64,000 nucleotides of DNA. It comes from Eledone cirrhosa. Taxonomy: Eukaryota. Below the pieces are notes generated by a model. It was given only the letters and a program-made list of their open reading frames with translations, had not been told where the DNA came from and searched no databases. Made by a program: the position numbers and the translations under genes. The stretch is taken from assembly GCA_964016885.1 (NCBI GenBank), contig OZ024743.1:158162001-158226000 (forward strand). The letters run 5' to 3'. Every line of letters begins with the position of its first letter. Within the stretch, counting starts at the first letter, position 1. Below are positions 1 to 10,544 of the stretch, piece after piece.

Positions 1-122
1 ATGCAAATCTGCGAATGACTAGCATTTTTTTTAAAATACACACATCGCACCAGCGTCATCCCAGTGGTGTGAATAGGATTATCGACAACTAGAAATAGCA
101 GCCAAGTCCTTTCAACTGAGTT

Positions 123-1180
123 CATCATCACCGTTTTACGTCCGTTCTTCCACGCTAGCATGGGTTAGACGGGTTGTCCTGTTGTGGGCAGTGTCTGGTC
201 GGCTGACCATGCCTTGCTCATACAGGAACTGATCTGGCTTGATTTCTACAGCTGGATGCCCTTCCTAACACCAACCTCATTTACAGTGAGTGTTGGGTGG
301 TTTTTCGTGGCGCCTACACGTCCACTTTACAGTGTGGGCTGGGTGCTTTTTTGCCGTGGCACCTCCACGACCACCTTGCGGTGGGGGGGGGGGGGGGGGG
401 GCATATTGTTTATATGCTTCAGCATGTACCCATGGGAGGTCGGGTACCCTGTATTACTGCGTGACGCCAGAAGTCACGGTCGTGTGTCATTGACTTTGAG
501 AGGTGTAGTTGGGTAAGGTCGGCTTTTATCACCTCATCCCAAGTCATCTTGGGTCTCCCCACTCCGCGGTTTCCATCAACTTCTAGTGCTCTGCACCTTT
601 TTATGCAGCTGTCATCCTTCATACGCATCACATGTCCATACCAGCGTAACCGCCTCTCCTGCACGCAGCATTTGATTCCTCTTATGCTCAGTCTCTCTCT
701 CAATTCATTTATGCTTTGTCGTTCACGTATATTACTGTTACACATCCATCGGAGCATGCAGGCTTCGTTTCTCTCTAATCTACGTAAGTCTTCCACCTTC
801 AGCGCCCAGGTCTCACTACCATGCAACATCGCTGTTCGGATACACGCATCATACAGTCTGCCTTTCATTCTGAGGGAGAAGCCTTTTGCAGCTAGCAGTG
901 GTAGTAGTTCCCTAAACTTCTTCCATCCCGTTCTTACCCTAGTTATTGTACTTTCTGAGCACCCACCTCCGTTGCTAATTCGGTCACCTAGGTAGCAGAA
1001 GCTGTCTACTGTTTCTACAGGGCCCTCCCAGAGATTGGTGGTACTTGTTTCCTGTGGCTGTTTGCTTGCTGTTTCAGCACAGCTGCTGCATGTGAATCCT
1101 ACATTCTTAATTAAGCTTCCTGAGATCCCGCTACATCTCTTGTGTACCCATTGTTTGCATTTGGGGCAAAGAATGGAGTT
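123..1180 (-). mobile_element. RTE-type LINE, 5'-truncated 3' fragment (PHD-like finger, RT C-terminus, 3' UTR, (ATG)n tail)
   Basis: ORF 419..868 (MLHGSETWAL...RRLRWYGHVMRM...GRPKMTW). The upstream minus strand encodes CPKCKQWVHKRCSG. The 3' UTR matches 4300-4615. Confidence 0.9.
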
Positions 1181-1287
1181 AGCTCTACAATTAAGGAGCC
1201 GTATATATATCCAAAATTAAATATATATATAAATATATAAGTATATATATAAGTATATATAAGTATATATATATACATATATATATT

Positions 1288-1640
1288 TAATTACATAATA
1301 AACAACACAATATAATTATTCCATTACCAAAGGTTTCGGTAAACTAGACGATCCTTACAGACACGTCCAGCTCATTCATCAGATGAAATAGTTATGTTTT
1401 GAATATAAGTTTTGAAATTTATATCTATTAAAAATGAATGTGGAGCTAGGTTAAATAACACCTTATAACAGAAAAAAAATATATATATACGTATACACAC
1501 ACACACTTAAATATACATACATGCACACACATATAAACTTCCATCTATATGTACATCCATATACACTCTTACGTAGATATATAAGTGCATCAACCTCATA
1601 TACACACACATACACATACACATACGTCGACATATATATA
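1288..1640 (-). mobile_element. Non-coding ribozyme-bearing repeat, family B (copy 1)
   Basis: Reverse complement of about 14575-14922. Flanked by TA-rich tracts and contains a hammerhead core. Confidence 0.75.
1317..1390 (-). ncRNA. Type I hammerhead ribozyme (family B)
   Basis: Minus strand: TATTTCAT-CTGATGA-a TGAGCTGGACG..CGTCTAGTTTA cc-GAAA-CC ttt GG-TA-ATGGAATA. Stems I, II and III all pair. Confidence 0.85.
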
Positions 1641-1828
1641 TATATAGAGAGAGACAAATGCACACGCATACATACACACAATATACATACACACACACTG
1701 CCAATAAAAGAGCAAGAATGACGGTGTCATTCTACTGATATGGCTTAAAGAGGCTGTGCAAACGAATCGAATATTATCATCAATTTTCGAAAAAATCAGA
1801 TTACATTTATTATATATATATGTATATA

Positions 1829-2600
1829 TCATCATCATCATTATAATCACCGTTTTACATCCATTCTTCCACGATAGCATGGGTTAGATGGGTTGTCTAT
1901 TGTGGGCAATGTTTGGTCAGCTGACCTTGTCTTGCTCATACAGGAACTGATTTTGGCTTGATTTCTACAGCTGGATGCCCTTTCTAACACCAACCTCATT
2001 TACAATGACTGCTAGGTGCGTTTTTTCCGTGGCGCCTACACAACCACTTTACAGTGTGGTCTGGGTGCTTTTTTGTCATGACACCTCCACGACCACTTTG
2101 CAGTGGGAGGGGATAAGGGCATATTGCTTATATGCTTTGGCTTCAGCTTGTTCCCATGGGAAGTCGGGTCTTCTATATTACTGTGTGATGCCAGAGGTCA
2201 CAGTCCTATGTCATCGCCGTTGAGAGGTGCAATTGGGTAAGGTCGGCTTTTATCACCTCGTTCCAGGTCTTCTTGGGTCTCCCCGCTCCACGGCTTCTAT
2301 CAACTTTTAGTTCTCTGTACCTTTTTATACAGCTGTCATCCTTTATACACATCACATGTCCATGCCAACGCATCCTCCTCTCCTGTACACAGCATTTGAT
2401 TAATCTTATGTTCAGTCTCTCTCTCAGTTTGTTTATGCTTTGCCGTTCACGTATATTACTATTACACATCCATTGGAGCATGCGAGCTTCGTTTCTTTCT
2501 AATCTACGCACAGTGCCCAGGTCTCACTACCATGTAACATTGCTGTTCGTATGCACGCATCATACAGTCTGCCTTTCATTTTGAGGGAAAAACCTTTTGC

Positions 2601-2603
<3 letters not shown>
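1829..2603 (-). mobile_element. RTE-type LINE 3' fragment
   Basis: ORF 2206..2511 (RRLERNEARMLQWMC...RWHGHVM...GRPKKTW) plus the family 3' UTR and (ATG)n tail. Confidence 0.9.
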
Positions 2604-2665
<62 letters not shown>

Positions 2666-2826
2666 TAAACCCCTATACTTAGCTTTTTTTGACTTGGAGA
2701 AAGCCTTTGACAGAGTCCTCCGCTCCATTATCTGGTGGGCTCTTAGAAAACTAGGTGTTGATGAATGACTCGTGAGAGCTATACAAGCCATGTATAAAGA
2801 AACAGTCAGCAAGGTTCGAATTAACA

Positions 2827-3084
2827 CTGCAAAGTGGTTGTGGAGGTGCCACGGCAAAAAGGCACCCAGTCCACACTGTAAAGTGGACGTGTAGACGCCA
2901 CGGAAAAGAAGCTCCCAGCACTCACTGTAAATGAGGTTGGTGTTAGGAAGGGCATCCAGCTGTAGAAATCAAGCCAGAACCAGTTCGCGTATCAGCAAGA
3001 CATGGTCAGCCGACCGGCTACTGCCCACAACAGGACAACCCGTCTAACCGATGCTAGCGTGGAAGAACGGACCTGATGATGATT
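2827..3084 (+). mobile_element. RTE 3'-tail fragment nested in the RTE body with a 42-bp target-site duplication
   Basis: aagccatgtataaagaaacagtcagcaaggtt(c/a)gaattaaca occurs at 2785-2826 and 3085-3126. The insert is the family 3' UTR ending in gatgatgat. Confidence 0.85.
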
Positions 3085-3089
3085 AAGCC

Positions 3090-4214
3090 ATGTATAAAGA
3101 AACAGTCAGCAAGGTTAGAATTAACAACGAATATAGTGAAGAGTTTAGCGTAAAAGTTGGCGTCCATCAGGGCTCTGTTCTCAGCCCCCTACTATTTATT
3201 ATTGCCCTTCAGGCTATAACAGAGGAGTTCAAGACAGGCTGCCCATGGGAACTCCTATATGCAGACGACCTGACACTCATAGCGGAATCAATGGCTGAGC
3301 TAGAGAAGAAATTCCAAACATGGAAGCACGGCCTAGAGTCAAAAGGACTTAAAATTAACCTGGCTAAGACCAAAGTTATAGTTTGTAGGAAAGAAAACAA
3401 GGCGGCGGTCCCTTCTGGGAAATGGTTGTGCTCGGTGTGTAGGAAAGGCGTAGGTAGAAACTCCATTTTATGTCCTAAATGCAAAGTATGGGTGCATAAA
3501 AGATGTAGTGGGATCACAGGTAAGCTAACTAAGAACATAGATTTTACATGTGGCCGGTGTTCTGGTGCAATAAGTAGCAGCAAGTGCCCACAAAATACTA
3601 GCTCTTTCAATTGCGCAGAGGGTTCTATAGAAATAGTGGACAGCTTCCGTTACCTGGGCGATAAAATCAGCAGTGGGGGAGGGTGCTCTGAAAGTACTGT
3701 AGCTAGAGTCAGAACAGGTTGGAAAAAGTTCAGAGAGCTTATACCACTATTAGCTGCTAAATGGTTCTCCCTAAAAATGAAAGGCAGGTTGTACGATTCC
3801 TGCATACGAACAGTAATGTTGCATGGCAGTGAGACCTGGGCATTGTGTGCAGAGGATATACGCAGACTAGAGAGGAACGAAGCTTGCATGCTCCGCTGGA
3901 TGTGTAACAGTAATATACGTGAACGGCAAAGCATAAACGAACTAAGGAAAAAATTAGAGATAAGAGGGAACAGATGTTGTTTACTCGAGAGAAGGCTACG
4001 TTGGTATGGACACGTGATGCGCATGAAAGTCGATAGCTGTATAACAAAGTGCAGGGCAATAAAGATAGACGGTAGTCACGGAATAGGCAGACCTAGAAAA
4101 ACCTGGGACGAGCTGATAAACTCCGACATCACACACTTACACCTCTCCAAGACAATGTCACTGGACCGAGACCTTTGGCGGTACTCAGTAACAGAGAAGA
4201 CCCGCCTTACCTAA
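3090..4214 (+). CDS. RTE reverse transcriptase C-terminal half with an embedded PHD-like Cys4-His-Cys3 finger
   Basis: Motifs GVHQGSVLSPLLF, LYADDL, CSVC...CPKCKVWVHKRC...CGRC, FRYLG and RLRWYGHVMRM. Confidence 0.9.
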   Translation: MYKETVSKVRINNEYSEEFSVKVGVHQGSVLSPLLFIIALQAITEEFKTGCPWELLYADDLTLIAESMAELEKKFQTWKHGLESKGLKINLAKTKVIVCRKENKAAVPSGKWLCSVCRKGVGRNSILCPKCKVWVHKRCSGITGKLTKNIDFTCGRCSGAISSSKCPQNTSSFNCAEGSIEIVDSFRYLGDKISSGGGCSESTVARVRTGWKKFRELIPLLAAKWFSLKMKGRLYDSCIRTVMLHGSETWALCAEDIRRLERNEACMLRWMCNSNIRERQSINELRKKLEIRGNRCCLLERRLRWYGHVMRMKVDSCITKCRAIKIDGSHGIGRPRKTWDELINSDITHLHLSKTMSLDRDLWRYSVTEKTRLT

Positions 4215-4585
4215 ATATATAGTAAAACCTACTCCAGCCAGTAGGCATCTCTAACAAAATACACCCCGTCCCACCACCCCCACCCCATCCACACCACCCC
4301 ATTCTATGTAAAGTTATGTTGGTGCCGCGCCATCCAGGCCGAAACAAATGAGATCGTGTAGGTGTCACGACAAAAAAACACACAGTCCACGCTGTAATGT
4401 GGCCGTGTAGGCAACACGGTAAAAACCTCCCAGACCCACACTGTAAATGTGGTTGGTGTTAGGAAGGGCATCCAACTGTAGAAAACCTGCCAGACAGTCC
4501 TATGCGAGCAGGACAATCACTCTTGCCTCAAGTGGGACTACCCCCGTCCAAACCCATGCAATCGTGGAACACGGACGTTAAACGT

Positions 4586-4660
<75 letters not shown>

Positions 4661-4663
<3 letters not shown>

Positions 4664-4811
4664 GGAGGTGAGTTTTATTGTAGTACAATAAAGCAATGCA
4701 GATATCGGATAAGTAGCACTCTACAGTTTGTAGGACTGGAGTCTAAATAATATATAAGATCAAAAGATGGTTAAAAGGAACTCTTTTAACCTCCTTTTGA
4801 TCTTATATATT
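4661..4811 (-). mobile_element. Penelope pseudo-LTR 3' tip, inverted, ending in a fold-back hairpin
   Basis: 4661-4778 is the reverse complement of about 9835-9951. 4749-4778 pairs with 4779-4811. Both sides abut (TA)n. Confidence 0.8.
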
Positions 4812-5071
4812 ATATATATATATATACACACACATGCACATACACTCACATACAGACATACACATACATACAAACACATACATATACATACAAAACAAAA
4901 TATATACACACGCTCAGGATAATAAATACATGCACATATATACAGTAAGAATGAACATGTATAGATATATTTTAAAAATTATAATATATATATACACATA
5001 CACGTAATGTAAAAACACTCACACATGCACAACCACACACACACAAACACACATATATATATGAAAAGCTT

Positions 5072-6083
5072 CAAGACACCGACAGCTGAGCTCCGGCCAT
5101 TTTGACAGCTAGATCTGAACTGAAGTGCAGTATTCAAATGACCGGAATCTACCTGGACTTATCAAGGGGTACAGTCCATATATGAGGAGACAATCAAACC
5201 CCCAAATCATTTTTTAAATCCTCTTGTTTTTTTTTGTATATTTTTTTTTGTATTTCTCCGAGAGTGGTCAGTAAACTGGTCAGTAATATATCTTAAATTT
5301 TCCTTAGGTTTATCATATAGCTTAAAGGGAGCAGTAAGTAAATCAAGATTAATATCAAGGAAGTTAGCATTAGTTAGATTTGTATCTATTGGGATTTTAA
5401 GATTTAGATTATAGAAGGTTTTTATCAAATCTTTACGAAATTTGTCAAGCTCATTGCCATTGGTGGTATGAGAGACTGCTAGTCCATCATCTCGATATAA
5501 TCAGATAGTGTGATTGGGGAATTTCTCTTTAAGTGTATCAAGGAAGAATAAATCACACACATTGGCACTATCGAAAGAACAAATTGAGACATCAAAAGGA
5601 TTTTCTGGGTTTGATTTTTTTACCCAGGTTTCATCTTTGGCAAAAAGTAATGTTTTCTGGCAGGCAAAATTACATCTTTCTCTAGTTCTGATATATCAGT
5701 AAATTGTCTAGCAAAATCTAAGGCTTTGGCTAACAAGGAGTGAATAATAGAAGGGTAGAAATCTACTGTATCAAATTGGGTAAATCTAGACGTATTTTTC
5801 TCTTGTATATTATTAAACCAAGATATAACTGAGGAAGTATTTAACCATTGAAATGATTCTGTTTTACTTATTATTTGTTTAATGATATTTCCTAAGAATT
5901 TTTTACTAGCAAGATGAATTTCTGTTTTAGCAAGGTTAATAAGTCAACAATTAGGTCGGTTATTGAAATCTATTTTATGGTCTTTAAGTGTAATATAAGG
6001 AATACGTTTTGCTAGGCTTTCAGTTCTATTATCTATTCTTAATTTTCTTGCTATATTTTTAGCTTCATTATTTATATTATTAT
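5072..6083 (-). pseudogene. Second Penelope-like RT relic with a decayed ribozyme-like 3' segment
   Basis: Minus strand encodes PYITLKDHK, FTQFDTVDFYPSI, YRDDGL and NFLDINLDL, homologous to ORF 10510..12426 but frameshifted. 5072-5170 resembles family E. Confidence 0.8.
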
Positions 6084-6084
6084 A

Positions 6085-6281
6085 GCAGGGCGGTGAATTG
6101 GCAGTATTGGGAGAGGGTCGGACGCCATGCTTTGACGTATAGAGTTACGGCCCTTGCCATTCTGAGTTCAAATCCCGCCGAGGTTAACTTTGCCTTTCAT
6201 CCTTACGGGGTCGATAAAATAAAGTACCAGTAATGCACTGGTAAATTGCTGGCCTTGTGCCTAACGTAGAAACAATTATTA
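6085..6281 (+). mobile_element. tRNA-derived SINE with a Deu/Nin-like core (SINE family 1)
   Basis: A-box-like head, B-box gagttcaaatccc, core cctttcatccttacggggtcgataaaataaagtacc and tail agaaacaattatt. Many copies occur in the window. Confidence 0.85.
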
Positions 6282-6729
6282 TAGGTGTTATTTTTGGCTT
6301 TTTGATATTTAGATGTAATACTATCTGTTAAAAGTTGTTAATATAATTGGTTATTAACTTCATATAAATTTTTACGTGTGTATGTGTATATATATGCGTT
6401 TATATGTATGTGAATATATTTGTTTGTACGTACGGTTTTTTTATATATGTATATATGTATGTTTTGTTTATATATATTTATTAAATATATATATATATGT
6501 ATGTATATATATACACTCATATAATATGGGTGTATATATATCATATATATGCATATATGGCTAAATGTATATATGTATATTGTATAGATGTGTGTGTATG
6601 TATATATGTTTTTATGTGTGTATATCTGTATATATGATTTTGTGTGTGTATGCATGTGTACATATACATATGTATGTGTGTTGTATGTATACTTATATAT
6701 ATATATATGTGTGTGTGTATTTGTATGTC

Positions 6730-6892
6730 TATGTATATATATGTATGTATACCAGTGAATGCGTTGGTTGCCAACTCTGTACAATACATTTTGGATAATT
6801 GGCTGGGCTAAAAAGCCACATTGGATCACAGCACCGTTAATTATTAATATATATCGTGCAATGGCCATACTCGATAACGAGGTGGTAGCCTA
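6730..6892 (+). mobile_element. LINE 3' tip (C-terminal Cys/His remnant plus tail)
   Basis: Contains CQLC...GLKSH. The tail atatcgtgcaatggccatactcgataacgagg also occurs at about 14488-14530. Confidence 0.5.
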
Positions 6893-6992
6893 CATGTATG
6901 TATTTATAAATATATATTATGCATGCCTGTCTGCCTAATATGTGTATAAATGTGTATGTCGACATTGTATTTTTATATATATCTTTACACCA

Positions 6993-7042
<50 letters not shown>

Positions 7043-7063
7043 ATGTGCGTATGTATGTGTGTT

Positions 7064-7165
<102 letters not shown>

Positions 7166-7239
7166 TATATATGTGACTGTATGTATGTGTGTATATGTGT
7201 ATATGTATGTATGCGTGTATATGTGTATATATGTACTTG

Positions 7240-7269
<30 letters not shown>

Positions 7270-7271
<2 letters not shown>

Positions 7272-7400
7272 AATATATATAGAAAATAGAAAATAAAAAA
7301 TAATAAATTAAAAAAATAGAAAATAAAACATATATATACAAGGATACATAAAGTGAAAGATACTGTATTTGGCCAGACAATCACAACACATATATTCACA
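7270..7400 (-). repeat. Unclassified interspersed repeat in (TA)n
   Basis: Reverse complement of about 13490-13610 (tgttgtgattgtctgg..aaatacagtatcttt..tatgtatccttgtata). Confidence 0.7.
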
Positions 7401-7417
7401 TACAAATATATAAGCAC

Positions 7418-7452
<35 letters not shown>

Positions 7453-7810
7453 AACACATATACACATATATAAACAGACACACATATATATATATATATA
7501 TATCTATATATATATATACTCGGAATTTTTTCCTAGAGTGCTTAAAATTATTTGTGACTAATCCCGGTCTTTTTTTTTTTAAAACGCGATAATATTGCTA
7601 TTTTGCTGAACTCCTTACATTTGTAGAGTTTTTTTCGGAATGTTTTTTTGACTGCTGTTTCCTGTAAACAGACATTCGTCTCATTCTGACGCCACCAGCC
7701 ATGTCTCTCCATGTGCGTTTATTTTCATATTTACGCATGAGTTGAACTAGCATGCTCTTAAATGCCCTTTTTGTCATATTTCTAGCAGTGCCTTGGGGTT
7801 ATCGTGTTGA

Positions 7811-7890
7811 GCTCTACTGATGAACGACTCCAACTGTGACCATCCCCACTGAAAGTTTCGTGAAATGGTCTTTTTAAGACTATATAGAGC
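7811..7890 (+). ncRNA. Type I hammerhead ribozyme with a stable stem III (family D)
   Basis: GCTCTA-CTGATGA-ACGA...TCGT-GAAA-TGGTCTT ttt AAGACTA-TA-TAGAGC. Predicted cleavage is after 7884. Confidence 0.88.
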
Positions 7891-8041
7891 ATTTGAAGTT
7901 TTTCCAAATTGAAGGATGAGTATTTAAACTTTATTTTATTCAGAGTTAAGGCTCTATTGATTTTTCTCTGGATTTCACAAAATTCTATGGATAAATCTAT
8001 GTCTTGATTTTTTTTTAATTGAGTTTGAATTATTTTCCGAC

Positions 8042-8570
8042 ATCTACTTATATATATAACCAGCAATTTCTCTGTCTGTCTGTCCGACAGTGGAAACACG
8101 TGCGTAGAGAGAGAGTGAGAGTGAAAGAAAGAGACAGACTACGAGAGGGGGATAGCGGGAGGGAGAGAGGGAGAGAGAGAGAGAGTGAATGAATAGACGC
8201 TAAAACACGTGCTACAGAAACATTACCTTCTCCTCTCCACTGACTTTGGTCACTGAGGCCGAGGGAAGCGCGCCGAGCGCGTCATAATGGCGTAATGCAG
8301 ACAGCCAGACATACAGACAGATATTATAAGGGCGCAACGTTATATCTATGTATCTATCTAAAAAGAAAGACTAAGAATTATATAGAGAGAACGCTAAATC
8401 GCCTAATGCGGTCCCTAGGGCATTGAAAATTTGAAATAGTTTTTGCTCAAAAGACTCACAGGACAATCGGTTGGATGGTTCTCAAGTTTTAGTGAGCTGA
8501 CAGAGACAGACATTCTCAGTTTTAGATATATAGACTAGCAGAAAACCGTCCCGGGTGGTTTTCTGCTAGC
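8042..8570. mobile_element. Cluster of non-autonomous Helitron-like ends
   Basis: a|TCTACTTATATATATAA..(GTCT)n on plus at 8043 and TCTATATATCTAAAACTGAGAATGTCTGTC on minus from about 8535. A CTAG-bounded hairpin lies at 8536-8569. Confidence 0.55.
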
Positions 8571-8658
8571 CTTACGTTAATTGTTTTCCATTTTGACGTT
8601 ATAGTCACTTATATATTATGAAATACTGTTGGCTTCACGCTCACAATAATTTCTATAC

Positions 8659-8793
<135 letters not shown>

Positions 8794-8838
8794 TATATGT
8801 GTATATATATATGTATATATATATATATATGTATATAT

Positions 8839-9058
8839 GTAGGAGGTGAGTTTTATTGTAGTACAATGATATGTTGATTTAAAACTGCACTATCCACAAG
8901 TGTTTTTTAGCCTTCATATCATGTTCTCCTGTTTTATCTGATGAAAACACAAATATTATTGCATGATGATGTTTGTTTTTGAAATGCGCATAATAAAATA
9001 CATGGAACTCCTTTAACCATCTTTTGTTCTTATATATTATGTATACTCCAGTCCTACA
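8839..9058 (+). mobile_element. Penelope pLTR fragment preceded by an inverted 29-bp pLTR tip
   Basis: 8839-8867 is the reverse complement of 9923-9951, and 8869-9058 matches 9693-9883. Confidence 0.85.
8931..8999 (+). ncRNA. Type I hammerhead ribozyme (family A, pLTR copy 1)
   Basis: GTTTTAT-CTGATGA-aaac ACAAATATTATT gcat GATGATGTTTGT tttt-GAAA-TGCGCA-TA-ATAAAAT, with a palindromic stem III. Confidence 0.88.
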
Positions 9059-9425
<367 letters not shown>

Positions 9426-9754
9426 TATGCGCATTTCAAAAACAAACATCATCATGCAATAATATTTGTGTTTTCAACCTCTCTATGTAAAACAATATAT
9501 CTTTCTCAGTTATAAAAACTATCTCTCTCTCTCTATCACCCATCTCTCCTCCTATCTCATCCTTCCTCATTATATTCCTCCCTCTCATCTCACCTTCACT
9601 CTCATCTCCTCCTCTTTTTTTCATCCTTTCCACTCCCCCCTCTAAATAAAATATTTTTCCCAATATCACACATCAATCTAAAACTACTTCTCATATGTTG
9701 ATTTAAAACTGCACTATCCACAAGTGTTTTTTAGCCTTCATATCATGTCCTCCT

Positions 9755-9824
9755 GTTTTATCTGATGAAAACACAAAATATTATTGCATGATGATGTTTG
9801 TTTTTGAAATGCGCATAATAAAAT
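9755..9824 (+). ncRNA. Type I hammerhead ribozyme (family A, 5' pLTR)
   Basis: CTGATGA 9762-9768, GAAA 9806-9809, TGCGCA-TA, stem I GTTTTAT/ATAAAAT. Confidence 0.88.
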
Positions 9825-10028
9825 ACTTGGAACTCCTTTCACCATCTTTTGTTCTTATATATTATGTATACTCCAGTCCTACAAACTGTAGAGTGCTTCT
9901 TATCCGATATCTGCATTGCTTTATTGTACTACAATAAAACTCACCTCCTACATTAACTTGCTCCTTAACGGTTGAGCGCTTACTCTCATATTGGATACCT
10001 TTTGATGGTCTTTTACTTCTTCTACAAC

Positions 10029-10544
10029 ATGGATTATTACAACATAACCAATTCAACTAAAGACATTCCTATACCTGGTAAATCTGAATTCACCAAACTT
10101 CTAATTGAAAAAACTGACTCCTTCGTAAGAAGACTTAGATGGACAGCCTATTTCTATGACCAGCGCCTAAAAGGGAACTTCTGTACCAAAGAACATAACT
10201 TCCTCGATCATCTATTTAATTCTAGAAGAAATCCTCCTTCCAACAAAAATCTAGTACAATTCGAGGAAGAGTTAACTAAAATAATAAAAAATCTTAAATT
10301 CAAGAGATACCCTTACAAAGGACAAGAGCACCTTGTAAATCTCAAGAACACAATTTCCTACCTAAATTCCTCAAAAAATGTTTTAGTCCACTCTGACAAA
10401 CCCAATAACTTATATGGTATTTCCAAGGATAATTATAACAACCTTATCCTAAAGGAACTTAGGAAAAAATATCGTAAAACCAACCATGAAAATTTAGAAT
10501 ACATAAACCTTGACGCCTCTGATTATGTCAAAACTTGGCATTGA
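10029..10544 (+). CDS. Penelope-like ORF, N-terminal part (frameshifted relative to the RT)
   Basis: Contains STKDIPIP..LIEKTDSFVRRLRWTAYF..SDKPNNLY and overlaps the next ORF at 10510-10544. Confidence 0.8.
   Translation: MDYYNITNSTKDIPIPGKSEFTKLLIEKTDSFVRRLRWTAYFYDQRLKGNFCTKEHNFLDHLFNSRRNPPSNKNLVQFEEELTKIIKNLKFKRYPYKGQEHLVNLKNTISYLNSSKNVLVHSDKPNNLYGISKDNYNNLILKELRKKYRKTNHENLEYINLDASDYVKTWH

Larger units (their letters stand above)
2662..4615 (+). mobile_element. RTE-type LINE, 5'-truncated, RT region to 3' tail
   Basis: Begins LYLAFFDLEKAFDRV, continues through ORF 3090..4214, then the 3' UTR ending in (GAT)n at about 4615. Confidence 0.92.

Noticed and set aside
549-995. Antisense ORFs over RTE copies (also 2273, 3209, 3650 and 50230)
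   Set aside because: They are shadow frames of the RT coding strand with no recognisable motifs.
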